This document shows positions 55,001 through 64,000 of a stretch of DNA of 64,000 nucleotides, in pieces. The DNA is from a virus: positions 1 through 64,000 of IMG/VR virus record IMGVR_UViG_3300042691_032880. One strand, 5' to 3'. A program made the position numbers and the translations under genes. The first letter of the stretch is position 1. The number at the start of each line of letters is the position of its first letter. The notes beneath the pieces were generated by a model that did no database searches, was not told the origin of the DNA, and was given only the letters and a program-made list of their open reading frames with translations.

Positions 55001-56650
55001 TGCAATCTTGGTACCGAAGATGTATGGAGAAGCCGCAGCAATACCTGCAGCTGTCAATCCTAAAGTAAGAGCATCTACTCCGCTTCCTTCACCTTCAGCT
55101 ACATTAGTAGCTGATGGAGCAGCCATCAATGGCAAACCTGCACCCATTGTTACATTTTCAGCTCTTGCAAAACGTGGTGCTTTCCAAGAAGATGTAAGTG
55201 CAGGATATGCAGAACGCAAAGAACTGATTGCACCTGGTCCAAACTTAGTAGCTAAATTAATTCCTCCTGAAATACCCAATAAAGTTTCACCCGTCTTACC
55301 AAGCAAATCAGCATCAACAGTTTGTTTTCCTTCAGCTACATCCCTATAACTTCTATATAGATTGGGAGCATCCATTGCCGTATTTACAAGGAATCCAGCA
55401 TTTGCCAAATCACCGAGTGTAAAAGCAGTGGTACTTGTCGTAGCAAGTGGTACATTAGCTACTGCATTTAATGCACTCATTGCATAAGGTGCTGCTGCAT
55501 ATCCTCCATATAGTGCAGCTGTACCAAGTGCTCCAGCTGTTAAAGCTTCTCCTGCTGCTTTGGTCCTTGGATCAGTGGCAACATTCATGTAAGCTTGATA
55601 CGCAGGATCCCACCAAGGTTTTGTATCAGCATCGTAGATCATACCTGGATCCGTTATCGGAGGGGTATAAATCATGTTTGCAGGAATCTGGGTACCTCCA
55701 GGAAGTGTCACATCAGGTCTAACATTAACTTCTGGACCAGTAATTTCTGGCATGTAAGTAGCTTCTCCAAATCGTTCTCCAGGAATCCTTCGAGTTCCTG
55801 CAAGTTGACCTTGTTGCTGAGCCTGAACTAAATTATTTAGAATGCTTTGATACGCATCAGGACTTAAACTTACAGCACTACCTGTTTCGATATCTGTTGC
55901 AACACCATCAGGTGTCACATAATAAGCTCTTTGAGTTGCAGGATCTACATAACTGAATCCTTGTTGATTGACAGGTCCTGTTTTCTGATGCCTAGGTAGT
56001 TTTTTGCCACCCTTACGCATGAACTGTCCTCCGAACTTCATCTGAGGAGCTTGTTGAACAGGTTGTTCTGATGTTATGTTCTTAGTGAACAATGGCATAG
56101 ATATATCAGGAATACCATCAGGGAATCCTTTCATACCCTCCTGAACCAGAGCAAGTTGACCTAGCTTGGTCATATTGCTGTCAATCATCATTTGAGCAGT
56201 CTTCTTATCCAAATAGTCCGCTTCAGGGTCCTTCAGTATGTCGAAGTACTTGTTCAACTCATAACGTTTTGCAATCTGTGCAGGAGTAACGGATTTACTG
56301 GTATTGTATCCGAATATCTTACCTAACATCTCCTTGTTCTTGATTTTCAAGGAACGGGTGTCTGAAAACACAAATGCTCCATCTGGAATGTTCAACGGAG
56401 TACCACCCTCACTGTGACGCTTTCCACCTACAATAGCATGGGTTACTTCACCATCATTATTAGGGTATACAATAGTCTCATTCTTTTCAGCCTCAATTGT
56501 AGCTTCGTCCACAGGTACTGGACTAAGCACATCGGTAACTTGGTTTGTTGTCGGCTTGTCTTCATAGTTCCAGATACTACCTGCAACTAAACCATAGTCT
56601 CGCTGGTCGCCCATGCTACCACCTCTGACTCTTTTTACCTTAACTCTCAT
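52043..56650 (-). CDS. Cargo/internal virion protein with GG motifs
   Basis: 1535 aa; N-terminal IEAEKNETI...GKRHSEGGTPL...FVFSD domain recalled from crAss-like cargo proteins; Ala/Gly hydrophobic segments; Cys-rich module; Q/N-rich C-terminus. Confidence 0.65.
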   Translation of the reverse strand: MRVKVKRVRGGSMGDQRDYGLVAGSIWNYEDKPTTNQVTDVLSPVPVDEATIEAEKNETIVYPNNDGEVTHAIVGGKRHSEGGTPLNIPDGAFVFSDTRSLKIKNKEMLGKIFGYNTSKSVTPAQIAKRYELNKYFDILKDPEADYLDKKTAQMMIDSNMTKLGQLALVQEGMKGFPDGIPDISMPLFTKNITSEQPVQQAPQMKFGGQFMRKGGKKLPRHQKTGPVNQQGFSYVDPATQRAYYVTPDGVATDIETGSAVSLSPDAYQSILNNLVQAQQQGQLAGTRRIPGERFGEATYMPEITGPEVNVRPDVTLPGGTQIPANMIYTPPITDPGMIYDADTKPWWDPAYQAYMNVATDPRTKAAGEALTAGALGTAALYGGYAAAPYAMSALNAVANVPLATTSTTAFTLGDLANAGFLVNTAMDAPNLYRSYRDVAEGKQTVDADLLGKTGETLLGISGGINLATKFGPGAISSLRSAYPALTSSWKAPRFARAENVTMGAGLPLMAAPSATNVAEGEGSGVDALTLGLTAAGIAAASPYIFGTKIAKMRYPEGKAFVEGMEMGKVKPAYKLKDGTIMDAEQFAYAQQNDPNQVIDAVQGILPVKRGYSDFDEFVSLPDLFKMQGKRASLFVGRDAVPIQKSNPEYSQDALNKIDEAINTFKGFDESTPLSEVFTRANPTERKKLIDAWNAYAPTEKARINLPQALIDDPSKINAESQAMIDDILGKWNVGEFPWMKSTYVRNNPEVLHGVQYQAGDYRSPMGAGLSALKSKVKMPSLPSWAFPKLQGNMWQKTKQLAGSPIGRGLLTGAGVYGGAQAYNYFTRPGESKPATEEELRQQGVVPTPGFIPDTTAGIVSEAPVDSAMLAEYNALLGDTAVGPVQTTPIVAEPQPTVQQPVNQQPRTSAPRSSGSIGKSDAEIEQMIRDKGWTEQADIDSLKSLIKQYPSVYIGSPTKKSGGSVIYVYDPAENTMTKTFADGGENGLPKHQTDGPVYDISDNPYIDYLKKLAESKNMDVEIYYPSYAQQFYGLGKDQTTKGVGEQTKTTKYAWNEEGTLAPIMYDDRGKEIGTQPVYPTAMGWTGVDSQIAELKKLGVNFGEYGTAGGDEAKGIALYKADIAKGSGNVDTHQAANKWAYTKLREKQVAELVKQGFSQQEAEGLPLLVDPNDKNAWNFGQEIAGTMKGFTFKDRPQKIKCPCADKNGVILEVLDQKDCPPCDPAKKYKCVDGKAVESTDGTGFDTPEEALKNCQPVVKEPCKCLNKKTGKMEEVPALPNGACPPCSPSVYPPPRMSPFAMDYYYGAMAQQPYEGAPPILQQEPIPQVPYVLDDMARRFAGIKGAQRTTEDSLQSITADPSVMRAAQLQLSGQSSENIANEIARKNQIDLGIINNALAQNATFKAQADRQNLGYMKRYLDEKETQGQQEWNERKKLNQERLAAHMFAESQRDRVAAENVKTAYKYDPQTGSYYFDPSAASFTGSGQQNIYDQYTQLQKLTNNDQALTLELLKIQNQAKNQQNQAPGYPYNYNPYPFQ

Positions 56651-56716
56651 AAACTTTTAAAATTTATTTGTTGCTGAAACTCACCTACTTAAATTTAATA
56701 AATTTCCGTGAAGATA

Positions 56717-59419
56717 TCAAATAAAGTCTATCTGATAACCCTTGCGGATAAGGTCTCGGATTGTATCCATATCCAAGTCATATTCCCCGTCTAGGTCACC
56801 CCCATCCTCAAATGAACCACCATACATTGCAAATGCTGGAGCTGAATAAGGGAGAGGTTTATTAAGATCCCCTGGAGTCTGAGGTACCATGTTCATGAAC
56901 AATGCTCGGTTACTCATGCTTTTACCAGGATCCTGAACCATCTTTCCTGTAATGTTTGGAGACACGTTGCTACCCATTGTGGCATTTGCGGTATATGTTC
57001 CAGCCATCTGTGGCGTTCTTTCTACAGGTGCAAACTGATTCAGTGTATTATAAGCTGAAAGCTTTCTGTCTTTAAGTGCTTGTTTATTAGCGTTGAAATC
57101 CTCAAGGAATCCGCTAACTGCACGCATACCAGCCAGTTCCTGCTGTTGAGTACCTATATCAAAATAAGGTCCTGATTTATTAGGATTTCCTTCTGGTCGC
57201 CAACCTGCATCGTATGCGTCTTTCATAGCAGGATTCACACTAACCTTATTGCCTTGAGCATCTGTACCTTCAAAAGTTCCTTCTGGAGCATCTTCACTAA
57301 CTTGATTATCATCTCCTCCAAATATTCCACCCAAGAACATACGATCAAGGTCACCTCCATACATTGCTTCATTTTTACCTCTTCCAGTAAGGAATCTTAA
57401 AGGAGCACCTGCTACTCTAGTTGCTCCACGCATTGCTTTTCCTGCAGCTTTGAACGGTAAAGCAGCTGTCATAGGTAATCCTTTTCCAAGACCTCCAAGA
57501 ACTTTAGCAGCTCCAAACAATGCGGAAGTAAGACCAAAAGGAGTTTCTGCACGGTTCCTACCTGCTCGCATCATTTCAGAGATACCTAATGCAGTGGTTG
57601 GAGTCTTACCTCTATAGTAATTTCTAACCATTTGCTGAATCCTTTGGTTCATTTGTTTTATCTGCTCTTCAGTATACTGAGGGGTTGATCCTGAACCAGT
57701 TGTACCCGCATTAGTTGTTCCACTTGCATTGGAAGCAGTTCCTGTATTGCTAGCAGTGGAGCCAGTAGTGGAACCTGTGGTTGTTCCAGTTGATGTTGTA
57801 GGACCTGAACCTGTATTTGAAGTTGTAGCAGATGCGGTAGAACCTGTTGATGTTGATGCTGCAGGTGCTGCTGTTGACGTTGCAGTAGCAGTTGTTCCAT
57901 CATTGGTTGTAGCATCTGCCCAATAATCATAGTTTGGATCTGTAGGAACAAAAGTAGTACCGTATGCAGAAGCATCTACACCAGAAGTCGGAGGTAATGG
58001 ATAAGCAAAATCAGATCTATTGGCAATTATGTTAGCTCTAGCTAAAGCATCTCCTTGATGAGTATCATCATGAAGATTTTCTAAACCTGCTTTTGTACTA
58101 TGTATTGAATAATCATTAGTAGATAAATCGTCACGCATCCAAGCATTATAAATACCCTCTTGTAGCGATTTACCATAGTCCGTAATATTTTGGACATAAG
58201 ATGATCCATCATAACCATAGTCTGGATGATTTGGATCCTGTTTTTTATCATAACCATAAATAGCCAAACTTCCATCTGAATCTCTACGTGGCATCTTTTG
58301 AAGATATGTGGAAAGAGCTACTTGATCATTATAATTTGTAGGAATGTCTGCAACATATGTTTGAGCATCTTGTACTTTCCTTCGTCTTATATATTCTTCA
58401 GGACTTATCGATTCTGCGCTACTCATGTAAGTTCCTTCAGGTACCCCATAATCACTTACTTGAGATGTCCTAGCTTGATACTTGGTAAGACCTCCGTTCT
58501 TCATAAGGTAATCCGAGAACTGATCTTTGGACATACCCTTGCCACGTTTCAACTTAGGATTCATATTCAGACCACCAGCTGCCATGATCTTGTAGACTTG
58601 CTCGTTGGTGAACTGACCTCCAAACTGATCGGATGTACCGCCAGCAGCAAACATGAAGTTAGGTCTGGTTTCACCAGCTCTGTCGTAAGGAAGGTATGTC
58701 TGAGCCTGAGGAAATGCTTCTCCACCTGTAGCATACTGTGTACCTGAATATCCCACCCATGATTTAGGATACATGTTAGCTTGTGGGAATGCTTCACCTC
58801 CTTCTTTCTTATAGAACCAGTTCAGATCCTGAGCTTGAGGAGATGGATTGTATTTGTCAAAACAACCGATACAGGGTTCACCTCCTTCTTTTGCAACCTC
58901 CATGCTGTTGTCCAACATTCCCATTGGAGCAGTAGGGGTCATTAACTCTTGAGTCTCTTCCTCTTTGAGTTTTGCGGATATCGCAGTATATGCCTGCATC
59001 TGTTCCTTTTTGGACAATGCTGTGAATTCCTTTACCAGGTCATCATAGTCTATGTTCTTCAACTTTGCCCACTTGGCGAGAGTAGTTGCAACATCGCGGG
59101 TACCAGTTGTTCCAGGAGCGGTATATCCCATTTGAGAACCATCCATTGCGGTATCTCCTCCAAATGCAAAGTTCTTACCTGTTATAATGGTGGGAAGTCC
59201 TGGAAAAAGATTCTGACCTTGTTGCGTTGTCTTAAAAGAATCCCCGCTTTTGAACTCCTTTCCCATCATAGGATCAGGAGGAGTCATGGGAAGTTCAAGC
59301 ATCGCATTACCCAATGCTGCGATATCCATTCCTCCTTGAGCTTTGAACGCACCATAGGGTGTCAAACCTATCATAGGTTCTGTTTGGGACTTTGTAGTAA
59401 TTTTAGTTGAAGCTGCCAT
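56717..59419 (-). CDS. Low-complexity virion protein with about 14 GG motifs
   Basis: 900 aa; repeated xxxGG motifs, duplicated GGEAFPQA, Thr/Ser/Gly linker. Confidence 0.65.
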   Translation of the reverse strand: MAASTKITTKSQTEPMIGLTPYGAFKAQGGMDIAALGNAMLELPMTPPDPMMGKEFKSGDSFKTTQQGQNLFPGLPTIITGKNFAFGGDTAMDGSQMGYTAPGTTGTRDVATTLAKWAKLKNIDYDDLVKEFTALSKKEQMQAYTAISAKLKEEETQELMTPTAPMGMLDNSMEVAKEGGEPCIGCFDKYNPSPQAQDLNWFYKKEGGEAFPQANMYPKSWVGYSGTQYATGGEAFPQAQTYLPYDRAGETRPNFMFAAGGTSDQFGGQFTNEQVYKIMAAGGLNMNPKLKRGKGMSKDQFSDYLMKNGGLTKYQARTSQVSDYGVPEGTYMSSAESISPEEYIRRRKVQDAQTYVADIPTNYNDQVALSTYLQKMPRRDSDGSLAIYGYDKKQDPNHPDYGYDGSSYVQNITDYGKSLQEGIYNAWMRDDLSTNDYSIHSTKAGLENLHDDTHQGDALARANIIANRSDFAYPLPPTSGVDASAYGTTFVPTDPNYDYWADATTNDGTTATATSTAAPAASTSTGSTASATTSNTGSGPTTSTGTTTGSTTGSTASNTGTASNASGTTNAGTTGSGSTPQYTEEQIKQMNQRIQQMVRNYYRGKTPTTALGISEMMRAGRNRAETPFGLTSALFGAAKVLGGLGKGLPMTAALPFKAAGKAMRGATRVAGAPLRFLTGRGKNEAMYGGDLDRMFLGGIFGGDDNQVSEDAPEGTFEGTDAQGNKVSVNPAMKDAYDAGWRPEGNPNKSGPYFDIGTQQQELAGMRAVSGFLEDFNANKQALKDRKLSAYNTLNQFAPVERTPQMAGTYTANATMGSNVSPNITGKMVQDPGKSMSNRALFMNMVPQTPGDLNKPLPYSAPAFAMYGGSFEDGGDLDGEYDLDMDTIRDLIRKGYQIDFI

Positions 59420-59431
59420 CTTGTATTATTA

Positions 59432-61897
59432 TTATTCGAATACCCATCCGAAGTATTCTTTTTGTTTATCTGTTAGTGAACCACCAGCTTTATACTGTAT
59501 TTCAGGATGTTTTGCATTCCTGAATATTTCATAATATGGCTCGACACTCTGAGGGTGTACGTTTATCAAATCATCTCTATATCTATTTACCTTATCGATA
59601 TAGTCAAACTTAAATCTTTCAGGATTAGGATTATTTTTTCCAAACAGGTAGAAATCAACCAAATTCGGGTTTGCAGCTTTACCTGGACTATTCCACATCA
59701 ATACTGTTAGATCCATCAACTGTCTAGGTGATGCATTTGGATATAGCTTTTTGACCTTATTGTAATTCTCGGCCATCAGTCCTAATCCATTTACGACAGA
59801 ATTCTCTACAATATCATTACTTACTCCCGATAGCCTATCAGTTGAAGTTTGAAACTTCTGTCTGAACATTCCTTTTGAAGCTTCAGGAGTTGACAATGTA
59901 TACTTAGGTTTAGGTTGGTACCTTGCAAATACCTGCTGAATCGCCTCATCCAAAGGAATACCACTTTCTTTTGAAAGAATGGCAGCTTCCATTTCCACTG
60001 TAGCCAAACCTGGAAACTTGGGTAATGTACTTGCACTAGCTGTTGAACTAGTAGCGTTAAGTCCTTTTTTGATGATATTAAGAGTTTGTTTTATGGGTTT
60101 AGTGAGACCCAAATCAACCAAAGCATCCTGAACTTTTATTTTTGCCTTTGATGCGGTGCTTCCTGCAAGTTCACCACTTAGCTTGGTCTCTTGAGCACCA
60201 ATTCCAATAAGACCGTTCAACAATTCATTGAACTCGTCATTTGTGATGTCATAAGTCTTCTTTATTGTTTCCCTATGATTTTCAGCATCATTCAATATAT
60301 TTTGTACAGTTGGATTATTTGAACTATATGTTGCTACCGCAGGTTTATCTCGGAATGCATATCTTATATTCTTGTCAGTAAGAGCTTTTCCAAAATCGTC
60401 TCCAATGAATTCAAAAGGTCTTACTACCTGTCTTACCGTATTAGGTCCTGTAAAAGTATGAGCTACTGGATTGATATGTAATGCATTGGACGCACCACTT
60501 TCAAAAAGAACAGGTATAAGTGTTCCATCTACATCTCTGAGTCCTGCATACATTCCAGCATGTCGTACAGTTGGATCAGCTGTAAATCCTGGTACGTATG
60601 TGGATTGGTCAACAGCGTTACCCATCAATACCCTATCGCCTACTTTTAAAAATTCATTTGTAACATTCTCAGCACCATGTCTTCTCATTTGTTCCTCCAT
60701 ATGCCAAGCGTTATGTGCATTCGCATTGACATCAAAAGGTCTACCTGTAATATCTGTATAAGTTCGACTTGTTACAGCATTTGCTGTTTTAGCGCATGCA
60801 CTTCCAGGTGCACAGAACTTCTCTTTTAACAACATTGCCTGAGCATCGTCTCCAAATTGAAGCTGTGTAAACATGGATGTAGGCTTTGCACCTTTGAACT
60901 CCACAAGAGGATTATCAAAAGCATCCCTATAATTATCATACAATGTCTGAAGAAAGTAATCATACTCTTCAGGTGTCATTGTATTACGTATATCACTTTG
61001 TACATTGACAGTACTTCTATTTATAGGATCTACTTTTTTCAATCTTTTAGGAGTAAACACGTCAAACTTGGGATTTGCAGTGTTCATTCTCCTAGCTAAC
61101 ATTGCAGAAAGTGCTAGATTCTTCGACTGTTTTCCAGCAGATCCCAACATACCCAATGTGGTCTGGACACCTTTACCCAACAAGTGAGGATACATCAAAG
61201 GATCAGTAAGTAAATCAATAGTTAAATCAGTAGCAGTATTGTTGACGTTACCTAAACCTCTTGTAGGTGATACCTCACTTGGTCTAGCATACTCTCCTGT
61301 TAAACCGTATACTATTGATTTTTGAGGAATAGCTAAAGCTTCCAATCCACCTGAAAGCAATGAAGTAGTCATTGCCAACTGCGGAGACATTGGATTATAA
61401 AACATACTTGTTGTTGGATTGAGTGCTTCACCCATTTCATTTCCAACAGATTCTACATATCCTGGTGCATCAGTTGAAATATTAATTACAGGAAGAGTTA
61501 CACCTTCCTGTTTTTCTAAATCAGTATATCCTTTTTGTTGTTTAAGCCAGTCTTGATAACTAAGTGCTTTAGCAAGATTTCTTGAACCTCCTGAGTAAGT
61601 ACCTGTCCAATAGTTTGCAGGTACTGAACCTTCTGACCAGTCTGTTCCTTCAACGTATGGAGTATTGCTTACATAATATCCTTTACCAGTCTGACTCTGC
61701 TCTGTTCCTTGGTATTGATCAAGAGGTCCGCCATCCTGTTTCCTACCACCAGCTATCCAACCAAAGTATCTCTTCTGCTTATCTGTAAGAGGATGACCAT
61801 GGACTGAACCATCACGAAGCATCTCCTTCGCTTTAGCGGTAGTAGGACCACCTGCGACATATTTATCCAGAAATGCAGATAAACTATCCTTCTTCAT
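59432..61897 (-). CDS. Putative virion peptidoglycan hydrolase (NlpC/P60-CHAP-like plus lysozyme-like domain)
   Basis: 821 aa; CAKTAN...NAW...VGDRVLM...RHAGMY Cys/His pattern; IGAQET...KGMFRQK...MWNSPG resembling lytic transglycosylase motifs. Confidence 0.5.
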   Translation of the reverse strand: MKKDSLSAFLDKYVAGGPTTAKAKEMLRDGSVHGHPLTDKQKRYFGWIAGGRKQDGGPLDQYQGTEQSQTGKGYYVSNTPYVEGTDWSEGSVPANYWTGTYSGGSRNLAKALSYQDWLKQQKGYTDLEKQEGVTLPVINISTDAPGYVESVGNEMGEALNPTTSMFYNPMSPQLAMTTSLLSGGLEALAIPQKSIVYGLTGEYARPSEVSPTRGLGNVNNTATDLTIDLLTDPLMYPHLLGKGVQTTLGMLGSAGKQSKNLALSAMLARRMNTANPKFDVFTPKRLKKVDPINRSTVNVQSDIRNTMTPEEYDYFLQTLYDNYRDAFDNPLVEFKGAKPTSMFTQLQFGDDAQAMLLKEKFCAPGSACAKTANAVTSRTYTDITGRPFDVNANAHNAWHMEEQMRRHGAENVTNEFLKVGDRVLMGNAVDQSTYVPGFTADPTVRHAGMYAGLRDVDGTLIPVLFESGASNALHINPVAHTFTGPNTVRQVVRPFEFIGDDFGKALTDKNIRYAFRDKPAVATYSSNNPTVQNILNDAENHRETIKKTYDITNDEFNELLNGLIGIGAQETKLSGELAGSTASKAKIKVQDALVDLGLTKPIKQTLNIIKKGLNATSSTASASTLPKFPGLATVEMEAAILSKESGIPLDEAIQQVFARYQPKPKYTLSTPEASKGMFRQKFQTSTDRLSGVSNDIVENSVVNGLGLMAENYNKVKKLYPNASPRQLMDLTVLMWNSPGKAANPNLVDFYLFGKNNPNPERFKFDYIDKVNRYRDDLINVHPQSVEPYYEIFRNAKHPEIQYKAGGSLTDKQKEYFGWVFE

Positions 61898-64000
61898 CGT
61901 GGACTCAGTGTTTCTTTTACCGCTGTAACTTTCAAGTTATACTTTAGATTATCAGAGACAGTTTTCCCTAAAATTAACCTATTTCCGTAATGCCTGAATT
62001 TTTTTCTTTCTAGCGGCGATTTGTTATAATCTATGTATGTGGGATTCAATACTTTACGATATCCGTTCTGTTCGGTATTAAACATACGATATTGAATACC
62101 AGAGAACTCACCCCTGTCCTTGGTAGCATCCCAGAACTGGTTGAAGCGATACTTGTTCTCTTCTTTTGAAAACATGATCTCTATTCCATTTGGTGTAATC
62201 TTGGGATAGTTCAACATCTCAGATGGACTATACGGCTTTAGATTCAGCTTCAGAAGACCTGAGTTTTGCTCCGTATTATAAACCATGGCATAGTCAAAGT
62301 TAGCGTCCAGCACATGATATGGATCTATACAATCTTGGGAGTAGTTCAGTACCTCTAGATAATATTCCACACTCTTGATGGTATTTATATTCACTCCTGT
62401 ATTGACAGGCATCTCCACTTCAAAAGCATAGTTTCTTCCATAGAAGTTGCAGAAACTGTTACATGTATCGTTATGCTTCCAGAAGGTATTTCCGTTTACG
62501 GTATAGAAATGGTCGTTAGTTCCCAATACATGGTTAGGATGCCAGTCGTGGAAACTGATCCACATCTTCGTTTTTGGATCGTAACTGATTGTCCAAGAGC
62601 AGTCTTCGAAGTATTCTGGATCACCCAGTTCAATTCTTAGTAATCCCGACTGGCGATTCACATAAAAATAATCTTGCTGCTCATCATACTTTACTGCCGT
62701 AGACTTTGCCTTAAAATCCCTTTTACAGAAATACACAATCTCATATTGGGTATCATATACCGTCTGACATCCAATTCCCACAACGGTATTTTCAACGTGA
62801 GGGAAGTTCGGATACTGAGTGGTCAATACGTTAGGAAGATGCTGAATAAACCAGTAACGCATACCGTTCATTGCAATATCGGAAATTGATCCGCCATAGT
62901 ACCACAACACCTTTCCGCTATTTCGACTCATCCAGAATGTTCCATAAGGTGTGTTTACTACCGACTTGGTATCCTGGCAGGAAGCATATTCAAATTCATC
63001 ATCAGCATTTACCAATGACTGGAATGGTTGAGCAAACAGACCACCATCTCCAATGGTAATCTTGGTACCAGCTCCTGTTTGCAATTGATCAACTCCAGTA
63101 AAACTGGTTGGCTCAGCGTCTTCAAACAGAATCAATCCACCAGTTCGATTAATTGGTTTTATGGAAGATATGGTATTTTCAAAGTCCTTGTAGTTGTTGG
63201 GTAGGTATATCCTCCAGGAATCCCTAGCCTGTTCCGATATCTGAGGAAGACTATAATAAACCTTGCTCCTATTATAGGTAAAACAAGTCTCGGCAACATT
63301 GGGGTCATATGACCTAGGAAGGATTTTTCCAAATCCTACATAGTTGCTGAGAAGTTTGCTGACGGACAAGGAAAAGTCATACTTATAATAATTTCCTGTC
63401 TTTATAATATCGGTTCTGAAAAGACGCGATGTATCTGTAAAATCGGTGCGATCGTAGTGTCTTTGACTATCAAGTTCCCCGTAATCCCTGAATGCCAGAT
63501 TGATTTCGGATTCAACAAAGAAGTCACGAACACCATTGTAGAACAAATAAAACCATGCACTTGTGATCTGAAAACTGTTTGTTGCAGAAGTATTCCTATC
63601 CAAGTGATGGTATGCACTGGCTGCAGTAATAAATCCTAGAAGATTCCCAGAGGTAAGGGATGACCAACTTAACGGTGTCTGTATCGCAGAACCATCCATC
63701 TTATCGAAGTTCGCCCAGTATCTAGGATACAAAACGTTGGCATACTGCTTATAATCTATTTCGGTTCCATCAGGAACATCAAATAACCAAGTATTGAAAA
63801 ACATGAACGGGTTTTTCTCAGTGTACCTGTTGATATAGATATCACCTCCGAACATTGTTCCTGAGTTATACAACTTGTTTTTTATTCTAGAACTGGTCAG
63901 GAAATAACATGTGTTCATGGGTATCTGGGTAATACTCTCCAACTGCCCATATTGATTTTGCAAATCAACTTTAAGACCTACGTAATAAGCTGAAGTCTTT
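61894..64000 (-). CDS. Tail stabilisation/muzzle-like protein, 5'-truncated by the window end
   Basis: Frame stays open to the window edge; beta-propeller-like C-terminal region (SVVNTPYGTFW, WTISYD..KMWISFHDW) as in crAss-like stabilisation proteins; upstream of the cargo genes. Confidence 0.7.
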   Translation of the reverse strand, partial: KTSAYYVGLKVDLQNQYGQLESITQIPMNTCYFLTSSRIKNKLYNSGTMFGGDIYINRYTEKNPFMFFNTWLFDVPDGTEIDYKQYANVLYPRYWANFDKMDGSAIQTPLSWSSLTSGNLLGFITAASAYHHLDRNTSATNSFQITSAWFYLFYNGVRDFFVESEINLAFRDYGELDSQRHYDRTDFTDTSRLFRTDIIKTGNYYKYDFSLSVSKLLSNYVGFGKILPRSYDPNVAETCFTYNRSKVYYSLPQISEQARDSWRIYLPNNYKDFENTISSIKPINRTGGLILFEDAEPTSFTGVDQLQTGAGTKITIGDGGLFAQPFQSLVNADDEFEYASCQDTKSVVNTPYGTFWMSRNSGKVLWYYGGSISDIAMNGMRYWFIQHLPNVLTTQYPNFPHVENTVVGIGCQTVYDTQYEIVYFCKRDFKAKSTAVKYDEQQDYFYVNRQSGLLRIELGDPEYFEDCSWTISYDPKTKMWISFHDWHPNHVLGTNDHFYTVNGNTFWKHNDTCNSFCNFYGRNYAFEVEMPVNTGVNINTIKSVEYYLEVLNYSQDCIDPYHVLDANFDYAMVYNTEQNSGLLKLNLKPYSPSEMLNYPKITPNGIEIMFSKEENKYRFNQFWDATKDRGEFSGIQYRMFNTEQNGYRKVLNPTYIDYNKSPLERKKFRHYGNRLILGKTVSDNLKYNLKVTAVKETLSPR

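Noticed and set aside
1-64000. Stop-codon reassignment, known in some crAss-like phages
   Set aside because: Genes up to 12 kb are uninterrupted in the standard code, and TAG and TGA end tightly packed genes.
25390-64000. Many 60-200 aa + strand and alternate-frame ORFs
   Set aside because: They are shadows of long - strand genes with no recognisable motifs.
1-64000. CRISPR array, integrase or IS element
   Set aside because: No repeat-spacer array, recombinase or transposase motifs seen.

Overview
A 64 kb segment of a large dsDNA phage genome with the gene content of a crAss-like (Crassvirales-related) virus. The host is probably Bacteroidota, an inference from the gene families and the A/T-rich start regions with no evident Shine-Dalgarno sites. 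Positions 1-16.5 kb are mostly + strand: small early and membrane genes, a tRNA-like element, and a replication/recombination module (SF2 helicase, NinB-like protein, uracil-DNA glycosylase, short DnaB, Sak4-like ATPase, putative SSB, primase, RusA-like resolvase, PD-(D/E)XK exonuclease, family B polymerase, DUF1599/Nmad1-like protein). Positions 16.5-64 kb are almost all - strand: two beta-helix tail-spike-like proteins, a holin-like and a unimolecular-spanin-like gene, an array of nine tiny Lys-rich genes (three missed by the ORF track), giant cargo/ejection proteins including a 3987-aa virion RNA polymerase (DFDID), a putative virion muralytic enzyme and a 5'-truncated tail stabilisation-type protein. 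The most notable signals are a recurrent x-x-x-G-G motif shared by the cargo proteins and the small basic proteins, an AT-rich GNAT cassette inside the RNA polymerase, and a tRNA cloverleaf with an expanded anticodon loop. The standard genetic code fits. All family calls come from motif recognition by eye, not database searches.
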